Source: an uncultured Fibrobacterota bacterium (GTDB lineage Bacteria; Fibrobacterota; Chitinivibrionia; Chitinivibrionales; FEN-1185). Taken from it: a DNA stretch of 44,601 nt. The translations under genes were made by a program, and so were the position numbers. The DNA lies in the NCBI GenBank assembly GCA_963729895.1, contig CAVSQB010000037.1:1-44601 (forward strand), given 5' to 3'. The notes under the pieces are model-generated. The model was not told the DNA's origin. It worked only from the letters and a program-made list of their open reading frames with translations, and ran no database searches. Positions 27,178 through 36,021 of this stretch are shown here, piece after piece (position 1 is the first letter of the stretch; every line of letters starts with the position of its first letter).

Positions 27178-29235
27178 TTATCCAGCCACAGAAATGGACT
27201 CGCGCGGCCCCGTGTAGTCAGAAGGAAGCTCACCGCGTTCGTCAATCCACGTAGAGCGATTTTGGGCCGACATTGCGAGCCACGAATCCCGCTTCCACTG
27301 CTCATATAGGTCGAAAATTGGAATTTTGTCGGGCGGCAGCGGAGGCGGCGCGAAGCCCGTCAAGTCCACAGCACCGATAGCGTCGAGTTTTTTCTTTTTC
27401 CGGATAACCTGGTCCATCTTTGTTTCCGGCATCGGCAGCAATTTGGACGGTTCGCTCGACGGAACGTACCCGCGTGCTTTATTGACCGCCTCAACCCCGC
27501 GCTCCAACATTGCAATAGCATCCGCAGTCGGGACCTCTTGACATTTTATATATGCCTTTGTAACTGACTCGACCCGGCGCTTCTGACGCATCGCTTCTTT
27601 CAATGCAGCCTTTTCGATGTCTCCCGAGACGAGCCCTGGCACCTTAGCGGTGAGTTCCGCCATGCACAAATATTCGTCATCGGAAGCGCGAAAGACATAG
27701 GCGGTCTGGAACGCTTGGGGGTCACGCCGCATGTAAATTTTCTCGCCAGAATATTCCAAGAGGGCGTCAGAGTACCAGCGATAGCCGCCCTCCACGATCC
27801 CGTTTCTCCCTATTGTCCGAACGTCACCGAATGGCGTAAAAAACAGTTTGAGAGCCGGTGGTGAAACCCCGCGTCGTTGCGTTTCAGAAATGCCTTTTTC
27901 CCAAGCTTCGTCCGGGCACTTTCCGCCGAGTGCCCCTTGGGATGGCAATTTGTTGGCGACGTTTACGATGATCCTGTCGAGATATTCCTTGGCTTCTTCC
28001 CAGGGCAGGGCGCGGCCTTCCTTTCTGTGCTGATTCAAGGTGTCGGGTTTTTCGCGGACGTTGCCGCCGGTGTAACAGGGAAAATTTTTAGACCCAACTT
28101 CCTTTTGAATAAGGTGTCTCCGCTCGTTGATTTTTGCCTGTGCGTTCCTTACGATACAGAAGTGTGGCGTTATTCCCAGGGCGGAAACTATTGCGGTCGT
28201 CTTTGCTTCGTCAAGAACAGCCTTCGTGTGTGGACGCGGTCCTGCAAGATTTTTATTTTTATAAGTCAATCCGTTGTCAATCATTATGTGGTCGCAAAGG
28301 CCAAAGTCGCGCAGGGCATAGCCTAACGACAACATGACCTCGTGAGAGCTTGGGTTCTCCCGATGGTTTAAAAATCCAACGCATTTTTGTGAGCGGAGAT
28401 CAAACCATCCAGTAAAGTAAGGCCGACCTATTGTTCCGTCGGGCCATAGAACAAGGATGTCCCAAACGGCCTGGTCCCCAACGTAACAAGCCCCGACGGG
28501 AACGTTAGAGAGATCCCGTTGAATGGAGTAACCGTATCTTCGGTTCCAGGCTTCTCTCCCGCGGCGAGCGTAGAATAGCCTGTCGGGTCCAATTTCGTTA
28601 ATCAATCTGTTCTCAAAAGAACTGGCAAAAGGAAACGACGAAATTTCTCCGTCGGCGTTCGCAATCTTCCACGCCCCGAGCGCCTCCAGCCAGGCGGTTT
28701 TTTTCGAGGGGCCTCCCTGTATCAGGCGTCTGCTCTTGTAAATCTGATAAGCGTCCTCGAACCTATTTGAGGAGAACCGTCCCTTGTTCTTTCCGTATTG
28801 TCCAAGCAGTCCCGCAGCGCCACTGTTTTCCTTGTTGGCGATTGCCCTCTCCAGGCTCCTGATGCTGATTGTTAAGCCGGGGTGTTTCGAGTTGTATTCC
28901 CCGATGAACTCGCGTTTTGTGAGCGTCCCCCGCACATCGCACCAGGCCTGGATTATCGGGAGGTACTTCATAACCTTCGCCTTGTTGTACACAGGAGCGT
29001 TAGAGTAAATTTCAGAATTGATGCTTGGGTCATGGGTGAAGAGGGGAACCGTCGATGTAGGCCCGAGACTCGCTCGGGGTGGTAGAAAAGAAAGCGGCAC
29101 GTTGTAGCCGAGGCGACCCGTCCCTGGGTCCCTTGCCATGGGCACGCCCTCGCGTTTGCATCGCCTTTCGAGGGAGCGGCAAGAAAGCTCAGGCGCAAGC
29201 TGGTGTGCCTTCTTGACGGAAAGAAACTCAAACAT
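27178..29235 (-). CDS. MuA-like DDE transposase
   Basis: 685 aa; N-terminal HTH domains; triad YVGD, IDNG, AKINER; Mu C-terminal beta-barrel-like RTIGRNGI..YRWYS..RRDP..AYVF. Confidence 0.92.
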   Translation of the reverse strand: MFEFLSVKKAHQLAPELSCRSLERRCKREGVPMARDPGTGRLGYNVPLSFLPPRASLGPTSTVPLFTHDPSINSEIYSNAPVYNKAKVMKYLPIIQAWCDVRGTLTKREFIGEYNSKHPGLTISIRSLERAIANKENSGAAGLLGQYGKNKGRFSSNRFEDAYQIYKSRRLIQGGPSKKTAWLEALGAWKIANADGEISSFPFASSFENRLINEIGPDRLFYARRGREAWNRRYGYSIQRDLSNVPVGACYVGDQAVWDILVLWPDGTIGRPYFTGWFDLRSQKCVGFLNHRENPSSHEVMLSLGYALRDFGLCDHIMIDNGLTYKNKNLAGPRPHTKAVLDEAKTTAIVSALGITPHFCIVRNAQAKINERRHLIQKEVGSKNFPCYTGGNVREKPDTLNQHRKEGRALPWEEAKEYLDRIIVNVANKLPSQGALGGKCPDEAWEKGISETQRRGVSPPALKLFFTPFGDVRTIGRNGIVEGGYRWYSDALLEYSGEKIYMRRDPQAFQTAYVFRASDDEYLCMAELTAKVPGLVSGDIEKAALKEAMRQKRRVESVTKAYIKCQEVPTADAIAMLERGVEAVNKARGYVPSSEPSKLLPMPETKMDQVIRKKKKLDAIGAVDLTGFAPPPLPPDKIPIFDLYEQWKRDSWLAMSAQNRSTWIDERGELPSDYTGPRESISVAG

Positions 29236-29263
29236 GAGCAGACTCCGGCGTGGCTAAAAGTTA

Positions 29264-29632
29264 TTAGGCAGCCGAATTCTGCGTCTCGTCTGAGTACCCA
29301 AGCTGATCGCAATAGTCCTTGTAAAGGGCAGGGTCAGCCTCCTTGACAAGATGAAACGCCTCATGAGCGGACGCCGCGTGCTTTTGCATCTGCTCGGCCA
29401 TCCCTATTTGAAACCTGCGCGCCGCACTTATCGTCGGCGCGGCCTTTACTGGTTGCTGTTGCGCCTTCTTGGGCTTGGAGGGCAACGGCTTGGGCAATTC
29501 CTCCGCGAAATCCGCCCAGAGGGACGGATTGTCGGCGCGGATCAGGGCGAGCACTTTTAAAGGCGTGAGCTCAGGATTTTTTCTTTGAATCTGAGCGGCC
29601 AGTTGTTCGAACCGGGTCGATGCAGGAAGCAT
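29264..29632 (-). CDS. Hypothetical protein with two internal helical repeats
   Basis: ASTRF..IRADNPSLWADF and AARRF..VKEADPALYKDY separated by a P/K/Q-rich linker; AGGAGGAG RBS. Confidence 0.7.
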   Translation of the reverse strand: MLPASTRFEQLAAQIQRKNPELTPLKVLALIRADNPSLWADFAEELPKPLPSKPKKAQQQPVKAAPTISAARRFQIGMAEQMQKHAASAHEAFHLVKEADPALYKDYCDQLGYSDETQNSAA

Positions 29633-29947
29633 TTAGCTCCTCCTTTTTTGTTGGGAAGCGGAACGGGAGCGATCTATTTTCAGTCGGTATGATCGTATTT
29701 TGGAGACTGCCTGCAGATCATCGAGGCAATAAGAAACGCGCAGCCCTGTCACTGCTTTGCATTCGAGTATGAAGTCTCGAACAGCCGCTCCGATTCGGCG
29801 CGACCGCGCTTGTTGGTTGAGATAAAGGGTGACAGCGCCACCCGACACCGGAGGACAGAGGCCCCGGCCGAACTCCTTCAGGGTAATTCCCGTGAGGATA
29901 CAAGCGACCCTGAAATCTATCTTTTTTTGGAGTCCGTGTTTTGTCAC
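29633..29947 (-). CDS. Ner/Cro-like HTH protein
   Basis: FRVACILTGITLKEFG...VSGGAVTLYL....RSRRI; first gene divergent from the repressor; start (GTG 29947 or ATG 29980) uncertain. Confidence 0.6.
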   Translation of the reverse strand: MTKHGLQKKIDFRVACILTGITLKEFGRGLCPPVSGGAVTLYLNQQARSRRIGAAVRDFILECKAVTGLRVSYCLDDLQAVSKIRSYRLKIDRSRSASQQKRRS

Positions 29948-30014
29948 TTTTCCGCCTCGATGTTTGAGAAATAAAATCATTAATGTTGTTTAGTTCTCTA
30001 TCAATATAACACCT

Positions 30015-30821
30015 TTGGAGTGGCTTACGCAAGCAAAATCTTTCATGGATGAAACAAGGCCATTGGAGTCGCTCGGCGCTCGAATAAAGTTCTTGCGGGA
30101 ATGCCTGGGTAAAAGCCAAACCGAGATGGCGAATTTATTAGGGATATCGAAATACACATCGTTTGCGCGGTACGAGAGCGGCTCCAGGAGACCGGACAAG
30201 CTTGCGCTCGAAAAGCTTGCGTCGGCCGGTTGCACCACGGTCGCGTGGCTCATAGAGGGCAAGGTTGACAGGAAGGTATGTGAAAAGATACACGCCACCC
30301 GAATGCGTTTTGGAAAGATTGGTGAGGTCTCGCAGCGGCTCGGCGTGACAAGGGGCTACCTTCGGTCGATGGAAGATGGCCGTCTTGCCCCGTCCGAGGC
30401 CTTTATAAGCCTATTATCTGGCGCTTTTGGCCTTAACAAATACGAGCTTCTTGCGGGAACCAACCCCATGTTGCCCGCGTTGCCCAGCTTGAGAAGTGAT
30501 GGGGCCGACTATGAGGTTGAGCGGATGTACGCCTTTGAGGAGGCCTTGTCCGAAGCCGGACTGTTTGAAGCGTGGCGCGAGCTGCGGGAAATGATGTTTG
30601 GTTTTCCCCTGCTGGTTGAAAAAATACTTTCCTTTCTAAAGAGGAAAAACAAGCGTCAGGTGGACGAAAAGACTCGCTACCTCCAAGGCCAGATCGACTT
30701 GCTTCGGGGAATGCTACACGACAAGACTGTTGAAGCGGACGCGTTAACTCTCAAAAAAGGCGAATTGACCGCAAGGGTTCACGCCTTGCAAGGTCACATT
30801 AAACCTGTATCAAAGAGATGA
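30015..30821 (+). CDS. XRE-family repressor with two HTH domains and a helical C-terminus
   Basis: LGARIKFLRE..GKSQTEMA.LLGIS....ARYESG.RRP; second HTH EVSQRLGVTRGYLRSMEDGR; start may be ATG 30046. Confidence 0.85.
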   Translation: MEWLTQAKSFMDETRPLESLGARIKFLRECLGKSQTEMANLLGISKYTSFARYESGSRRPDKLALEKLASAGCTTVAWLIEGKVDRKVCEKIHATRMRFGKIGEVSQRLGVTRGYLRSMEDGRLAPSEAFISLLSGAFGLNKYELLAGTNPMLPALPSLRSDGADYEVERMYAFEEALSEAGLFEAWRELREMMFGFPLLVEKILSFLKRKNKRQVDEKTRYLQGQIDLLRGMLHDKTVEADALTLKKGELTARVHALQGHIKPVSKR

Positions 30822-30879
30822 TAAAAGCGCTTTAATTTTGTGGCCTCGACCCGCTGTGATGTGGTGTATCTTTTTATAA

Positions 30880-31032
30880 TTGCTTTTTAGATACAACGCG
30901 ACACATCGCGCCAAGTGTGCGCGACACCTTTCTTGTTTTGTCGCGCTCGTTGTATGTGCCGTTTTAATCAATCGCTTCCATTACCTCGTTGCGCCTATTT
31001 GTGTTCTTTTATGGTGCTTGCTTTTTAGATAC
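30880..31032 (+). repeat. 15-bp perfect direct repeat in the element's right end
   Basis: TTGCTTTTTAGATAC at 30880-30894 and 31018-31032, each followed by nnCGCG(A/C)CA. Confidence 0.75.
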
Positions 31033-31080
31033 TTCGCGCCATCATTAAATAGTTTTTCCCTCTTATTTCATTTAACGAAA

Positions 31081-31117
31081 CGCGACAAACCATTTCGACA
31101 GACGCGTCAAACCTTTT
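31081..31117 (-). repeat. Right-end putative transposase-binding sites (2 tandem copies, 22-bp period)
   Basis: CGCGACAAACCATTT (31081-31095) and CGCGTCAAACCTTTT (31103-31117), inverted relative to the left-end sites. Confidence 0.8.
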
Positions 31118-31150
31118 CGTTCGTTATACTGACGACGTTTTTCGATCGCG

Positions 31151-31206
31151 TTGCATTTTGTCCGCGCACCACATATTTTAACATTCAACTTTTTTAGTAA
31201 AATAGT
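31151..31206 (+). promoter_or_regulatory. Putative sigma70 promoter and TetR operator
   Basis: TTGCAT (31151-31156), 17-bp spacer, TATTTT (31174-31179); imperfect palindrome ACTTTTTTAGTAAAATAGT (31188-31206) just before tetR. Confidence 0.5.
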
Positions 31207-31215
31207 CAGGAACGA

Positions 31216-31833
31216 ATGCGCCGCACCAATCTGTGCACTAATCCGGACAAGCGGTCCGCAATTCTCAATGCCGCGAGGACGCGCTTTTCCCGTTATGGCC
31301 TTTCCAAGGTCACCATGGACGAAATCGCCGCCGACCTCGGCATGAGCAAGGCCGCGTTGTATTACTATTTCGCCACCAAGGAGGAAATTTTCAGACAGGT
31401 GATCGCGCAGGAGCAGCAGGATTTCGTCCGCCGCATCGAATCCATCATTGCCCACCAATGCGCCGCCTCGAAAAAACTTGGCGCGTATTTTGCGGAACAC
31501 TTGACTCTGCTGGGCACGCTGCTTGACCTCAGGATCCTCAGCAATCAGGCCGGCGACGCGATCCACCCCATCATGAGAGCCCTGTTCAAGGAATTCAATC
31601 GAAGAGAGACGTTGCTGCTGGGGATCATACTCCGGGAAGGCAGGAAAAGAAAAGAATTCAGATTGGATTTTCCGGCAAAGACCGCACTTTTCGTTCAGCA
31701 CGTGCTCGTCGGTCTGCGCATCCGGTTCATCAAGTCAATACGGGACCGTGAGTTCGGCAAGGCTGACATCAGGGTCTACAAAAACGAAATATTGTACTTT
31801 TCCAAAATATTCATACAAGGAATATCGCATTAA
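31216..31833 (+). CDS. TetR/AcrR-family regulator
   Basis: ILNAA..F...G...VTMDEIAADLGMSKAALYYYFATKEE. Confidence 0.95.
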   Translation: MRRTNLCTNPDKRSAILNAARTRFSRYGLSKVTMDEIAADLGMSKAALYYYFATKEEIFRQVIAQEQQDFVRRIESIIAHQCAASKKLGAYFAEHLTLLGTLLDLRILSNQAGDAIHPIMRALFKEFNRRETLLLGIILREGRKRKEFRLDFPAKTALFVQHVLVGLRIRFIKSIRDREFGKADIRVYKNEILYFSKIFIQGISH

Positions 31834-31853
31834 CATAATGGAGATTTGCCACC

Positions 31854-32858
31854 ATGAATGAATCATCCTCAAAGCCGCAGAAGCCCGACCGGCCCCAGCA
31901 GCCCCAAACCGCCGGCGCAGGCCCCGGAGCCGCCAACGGGGACCAGTCCGTCGACGACGTGCCCATGTTCAAACGCAAGCGTGTCATTATCCCTTTGTTT
32001 CTCCTCGTTGTGGGCCTTGTCGCCGGCGTCAGCGTCTGGTACGTGGCCCGGTTCAGCTCTGTTGCCACCGACGACGCTTTCGTGGAAGCGTATCGCGCCA
32101 CGATCAGCTCCAAAATCCTCGGGCGCATCACGCTGCTCAAGTACGACGAGGGCGATACGGTCCGCGCCGGCGACACGATCGTGAAGCTTGATGACGCGGA
32201 CCTGCGCGCGCAGCTTGCAAAGGCCGAAGCGTCGCTGAGAATCATCACGCGCAACGTGGAAATATCATCAGTCAATAAAGCGAAGGCCCTCGACGACTAT
32301 GACCGCATCGAAAAACAGTTCAAGAGCCAGATCGTGTCGCAGGAGCAGTTCAACCACGCCGAAAACGCCCGCAAGTTTGCGGAGGCGCAGATCGACCGGG
32401 ACGAGGCGCAGGTCGCGGGCGCCAAGGCCGATCTTGCAATTGTCAACACACAGCTCGCCAATACGGTGATCGTTGCGCCCTTCTCCGGCATCATTGCGAG
32501 GCGCTGGGTGCTGTCGGGCGATGTCGTGTCGCCGGGCCAGGCAATTTATTCCATGTTCGACCACAAGCACGTGTGGGTCACGGCGAATTACGAAGAAACC
32601 AAGCTCCGCGACATCCGGCCCGGCATGCGGGTGGAGATTTCCATAGATGCGTTTCCCGGGCTGAGGATCCCGGGCAAAGTGGAAAGCATCGGACGGTCTA
32701 CTGCCTCGGAGTTCTCCCTGATACCCGCAAGCAACGCGTCGGGCAATTTTACCAAGGTGACCCAGCGCGTGCCGGTGAAAATCGCCGTCGAGTCAAGCCC
32801 GGCTGCGGTGTCGCTGCTGCCCGGCCTGTCGGCCTACACACGTATTTTTTCGAAATAG
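31854..32858 (+). CDS. emrA: EmrA/HlyD-family membrane fusion protein
   Basis: TDDAFV, WVTANYEET, FSLIP..NASGNFTKVTQRVPVKI. Confidence 0.88.
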   Translation: MNESSSKPQKPDRPQQPQTAGAGPGAANGDQSVDDVPMFKRKRVIIPLFLLVVGLVAGVSVWYVARFSSVATDDAFVEAYRATISSKILGRITLLKYDEGDTVRAGDTIVKLDDADLRAQLAKAEASLRIITRNVEISSVNKAKALDDYDRIEKQFKSQIVSQEQFNHAENARKFAEAQIDRDEAQVAGAKADLAIVNTQLANTVIVAPFSGIIARRWVLSGDVVSPGQAIYSMFDHKHVWVTANYEETKLRDIRPGMRVEISIDAFPGLRIPGKVESIGRSTASEFSLIPASNASGNFTKVTQRVPVKIAVESSPAAVSLLPGLSAYTRIFSK

Positions 32859-32864
32859 GCTCTC

Positions 32865-34442
32865 ATGCTTCGCCAGCGATTTGTCAATAACGTCCCTTCG
32901 CTCCACCACGAACACGATTCGTACAAATGGTGGGTGCTCGTCAACATCATGATCAGCACGTTCATGGTGGTGCTCGACTCCACCATCGTCAATACCGCCC
33001 TGCCAAAAATTATGGCATCGTTCGGCATTTCGGTCGACGTTGCCCAGTGGATCCTTACCGCTTACATGCTGGCATTTGCGGTGATGCTGCCAACCTCGGG
33101 CTGGATCGCCGACCGCTTCGGCTACAAGCGCCCCTACGCCGTGGGCCTTGCCGCGTTCACACTGTTCTCGTTTCTCTGCGGCATATCGTGGAACGAAAAA
33201 TCCCTTATCGTTATGCGCATCGGTCAAGGCATGGGCGGCGGCTTTTTGCAGCCCATCGGCATGGCCATAATCATGCGGGAATTCCCGCCGGAAAAGCGCG
33301 GCCTTGCCATGGGGTTCTGGTCGATTGCCGCTGCCGCATCGGTGTCCCTCGGACCAATGTTCGGCGGATACATAGCAGACAATTTCGACTGGCATCTTAT
33401 CTTCAATATCAACGTGCCGGTGGGCATTATCTGCTTTTTCGCCACGTGGGTGATTCAGCGCGAATACAAGACGCAGCAGGCGAGGTCGTTCGATATTACC
33501 GGCTTTCTGTCACTCTCGGTATTCCTGGGTTTCCTGCTTTTCGCCCTCGCGAGCGGCAACGCCCAATGGAATACGGGCGGCTGGACCTCCGATACCATGA
33601 TGCTGTGCTTCGCCCTGGCGGCCGTCGGGTTCGTGGTGTTCATGGTGACCGAGCTTAACGTCAAGAACCCGCTGGTGAGGCTTGGGCTGCTTGCAAAATA
33701 CAACTTCGGGCTCACCAACGTGGTGATGTTCATTTTCGGCGTGGGCATGTTCGGCAGCGTATTCCTTATTCCCGTGTACCTGCAGAATATCTTGGGCTAC
33801 ACCGCTCTGCAATCGGGACTGGTGCTGTTGCCCATCGGAATTATTCAGGCAGCCACCGGGCCTATTGCCGGATATTTTTCCGACAAGGTGAATGCAAAAA
33901 TTCCGATGATCACCGGAATTGCCCTCTTTACACTCAGCTTCTACCTCAATTCCATGCTTTCCGTTTTTTCCGAACATGCGCAAATCATGTTGCCCATGTA
34001 TTTGCGCGGGATCGCCATGGGCTTGCTTTTTTCGCCGCTGTCCGCGCTTGCATTGACCGAAATCTCCAGGACCGAAATGGCGCAGGCTTCGGGATTGCTA
34101 AATGTCATTCGCCAGGTGGGCGGCAGCTTCGGCGTGGCGATCCTGCAGACACTCTTGACGCAACGCATCGTTTTCCATACGGCGGCCGCGGGAACCGCGC
34201 TTGACCGTTCGTCGCCCGTTTTCCGCCGCAGTCTTCAGATGCTGCAGGCGCATGCAATCCACGACGCAGGCTCAACGATTCAGAATGCCGCTGCCCAGAG
34301 TTCGATGGTTATTTTGTCGCATTTCTCCCAGCAGATGTTTGTCTGGGGCATCAATGACTGTTTTCTTTTCTCCGCGGCATGCACGGCCGCGTGCGTCATT
34401 CCGATCATAATTCTCAAGACAAAAAAGAGGGTTTTTCAATGA
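32865..34442 (+). CDS. emrB: DHA2-family MFS exporter (EmrB/QacA)
   Basis: LDSTIVNTALP, DRFGYK, GPMFGGYI..W..IF.INVPVG, RQVGGSFG. Confidence 0.88.
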   Translation: MLRQRFVNNVPSLHHEHDSYKWWVLVNIMISTFMVVLDSTIVNTALPKIMASFGISVDVAQWILTAYMLAFAVMLPTSGWIADRFGYKRPYAVGLAAFTLFSFLCGISWNEKSLIVMRIGQGMGGGFLQPIGMAIIMREFPPEKRGLAMGFWSIAAAASVSLGPMFGGYIADNFDWHLIFNINVPVGIICFFATWVIQREYKTQQARSFDITGFLSLSVFLGFLLFALASGNAQWNTGGWTSDTMMLCFALAAVGFVVFMVTELNVKNPLVRLGLLAKYNFGLTNVVMFIFGVGMFGSVFLIPVYLQNILGYTALQSGLVLLPIGIIQAATGPIAGYFSDKVNAKIPMITGIALFTLSFYLNSMLSVFSEHAQIMLPMYLRGIAMGLLFSPLSALALTEISRTEMAQASGLLNVIRQVGGSFGVAILQTLLTQRIVFHTAAAGTALDRSSPVFRRSLQMLQAHAIHDAGSTIQNAAAQSSMVILSHFSQQMFVWGINDCFLFSAACTAACVIPIIILKTKKRVFQ

Positions 34443-35800
34443 TTGTTTGCCTGAGCCGTCTGTATCGCCTGCTATCGCCGGTCGCGGTCATGCCTGCGCT
34501 CGTTATCCTTGCCGCATCAGCAGGGCCGGCACCCTGCCAAACCGGCGATTCCATCACGTTGCCCTTTGCCATTGGCCTTGCGATAAAGAACAGCGCCGCC
34601 CTTAGCGCGGCGAAACAGGGGCTTGAGGCGGCAAAGGCAAGAACAAGCCAGGCGAAAAGCGCGTATTTTCCCCAGGTTGCCGGAACGGGTTCTTACGCGT
34701 ATCTTTACCCGCTTGAGAAAATTCCATTCGGGACGATGGTCTTTCAACTTTATCCCGCCAACAACTGGGACCTTCATGTCGGAGCGGACTATGTTCTGTT
34801 CGATTTCGGCAAAAGGGAAAAGGCAATACAGCTTTCGCATATTGGAGAGCAGGGTTTGCAAACCGGGACCGATCTCGCGGCCAAGGCCGTCGCCTACCAG
34901 GCCATTATCATGTTCGAGACGCTTCTCAGCAGCGTGCAGTTGATTTCAGCGAAAGACGAAAACATCGCCAACCTTAGCCAGCACCTCGATTATGTCAAGA
35001 AGAGACTTTCAACCGGAAGCGCAACGGAATTCGACGTGCTGCGCTCCGAGGTACAGCTTACCAATTCGAGGACCGAGCTCACGAATCTCGAAAATGATCT
35101 GACCAAACAGGATATTGATTTCCGGTTCTTGCTCGGCTTGTCCGAATTCGCACCGGTCCGGTGCGCGGGTGCATTCGATTCGAGTTTCCGGGATCCGCCG
35201 GTTGATTCGCTGGCGGACGCGGCGCTCAAACAACGGACCGAAATCGACTTGCTCAACCTCGGCATCAAGGCTGCGCAGACGCAACTATCACTGGCGCGTG
35301 CAGAGGTTGCGCCTGAACTTGCCGCGCATTTCGCTGCAGGCGGGAAGAACGGGTATCTCCCCAATCTTGACCCACTGCAATTTAACTGGGTGGCCGGCGC
35401 TCAAATCACGGCGCCCATTTTCGACGGACGGCGAAGCCATTTTCACGTGAAGGAGCTGGAGTCCCGGCTGGACAGTCTGCGCACCATGCTCGCCGACCTG
35501 CAACGTCGCCTGCGCACCGACGTGCTCAAAGCCATTTCGGATGTCAAGAGTGCGCACCAGAACGTGTCTGCGGCGGCCGAAAACGTACGGCTGGCCCGCG
35601 AGTCGCGGCGCATCGCGAAGCTGCAGTATGAGGCCGGTGCGATCCCGAACCTCGACCTGCTCGATGCCGAGGACAAGTACACCCAGGCAAAGTTCTCGCA
35701 GGTGCAAAACGAATTCCGGTATACCCTCAGCCGCTACGCGCTTATGCTGACGACCGGGTTCAATTTCACGGAATTGTCGAGAGCTGCGGATGCGAAGTAA
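34439..35800 (+). CDS. TolC-family outer membrane efflux protein
   Basis: Signal region, A.SAYFP, LFDFG, PIFDG, YEAG..LDLLDA; ATGA overlap with the MFS gene. Confidence 0.9.
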   Translation: MIVCLSRLYRLLSPVAVMPALVILAASAGPAPCQTGDSITLPFAIGLAIKNSAALSAAKQGLEAAKARTSQAKSAYFPQVAGTGSYAYLYPLEKIPFGTMVFQLYPANNWDLHVGADYVLFDFGKREKAIQLSHIGEQGLQTGTDLAAKAVAYQAIIMFETLLSSVQLISAKDENIANLSQHLDYVKKRLSTGSATEFDVLRSEVQLTNSRTELTNLENDLTKQDIDFRFLLGLSEFAPVRCAGAFDSSFRDPPVDSLADAALKQRTEIDLLNLGIKAAQTQLSLARAEVAPELAAHFAAGGKNGYLPNLDPLQFNWVAGAQITAPIFDGRRSHFHVKELESRLDSLRTMLADLQRRLRTDVLKAISDVKSAHQNVSAAAENVRLARESRRIAKLQYEAGAIPNLDLLDAEDKYTQAKFSQVQNEFRYTLSRYALMLTTGFNFTELSRAADAK

Positions 35801-36021
35801 TCGGCAGCGGAACGAAGCGAGCCTCTTCACCTTTGACGGGAGACTGCAAAATTCCCGGCCGGCAGTAACAAGGTCATTTCATCCGGAGTCAAACAAGATC
35901 GTCGAGAACGGACCCTTGCCTAACAAACACGAATTAGTTTTATGAAACCCCTTTTTGGCAAAGTCCGGTCCAGGCTTGCGTTGGGTGACGCGGGCACACT
36001 TTCACCTAGAAGTTATCCACT

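Larger units (their letters stand above)
20615..31128 (-). mobile_element. Compact Mu-like transposable element (10,514 bp) without recognisable head or tail modules; candidate satellite
   Basis: CTGAC direct repeat at 20610-20614 and 31129-31133. Left terminus TATTAAAGCGGTAATGGTTTGTCGCA aligns in register with the reverse complement of the right terminus, TATAACGAACGAAAAGGTTTGACGCG. MuA/MuB/repressor/Mor-like genes inside. Confidence 0.88.

Noticed and set aside
26265..29235. Tn7-like or CRISPR-associated transposon (TnsB/TnsC)
   Set aside because: No TniQ/TnsD, TnsA, Cas gene or array seen; repressor-ner-A-B order plus Mor and baseplate J point to the Mu lineage.
30880..31197. 105-aa plus-strand ORF
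   Set aside because: It runs through the element's end repeats and across the insertion junction, so it is unlikely to be a real gene.
20611..31208. Alternative canonical TG...CA ends (TGACTATT at 20611 / AATAGTCA at 31201-31208)
   Set aside because: The flanks GCGAC and GGAAC are not a duplication, the right copy is part of the putative TetR operator, and it is out of register with the binding-site repeats.
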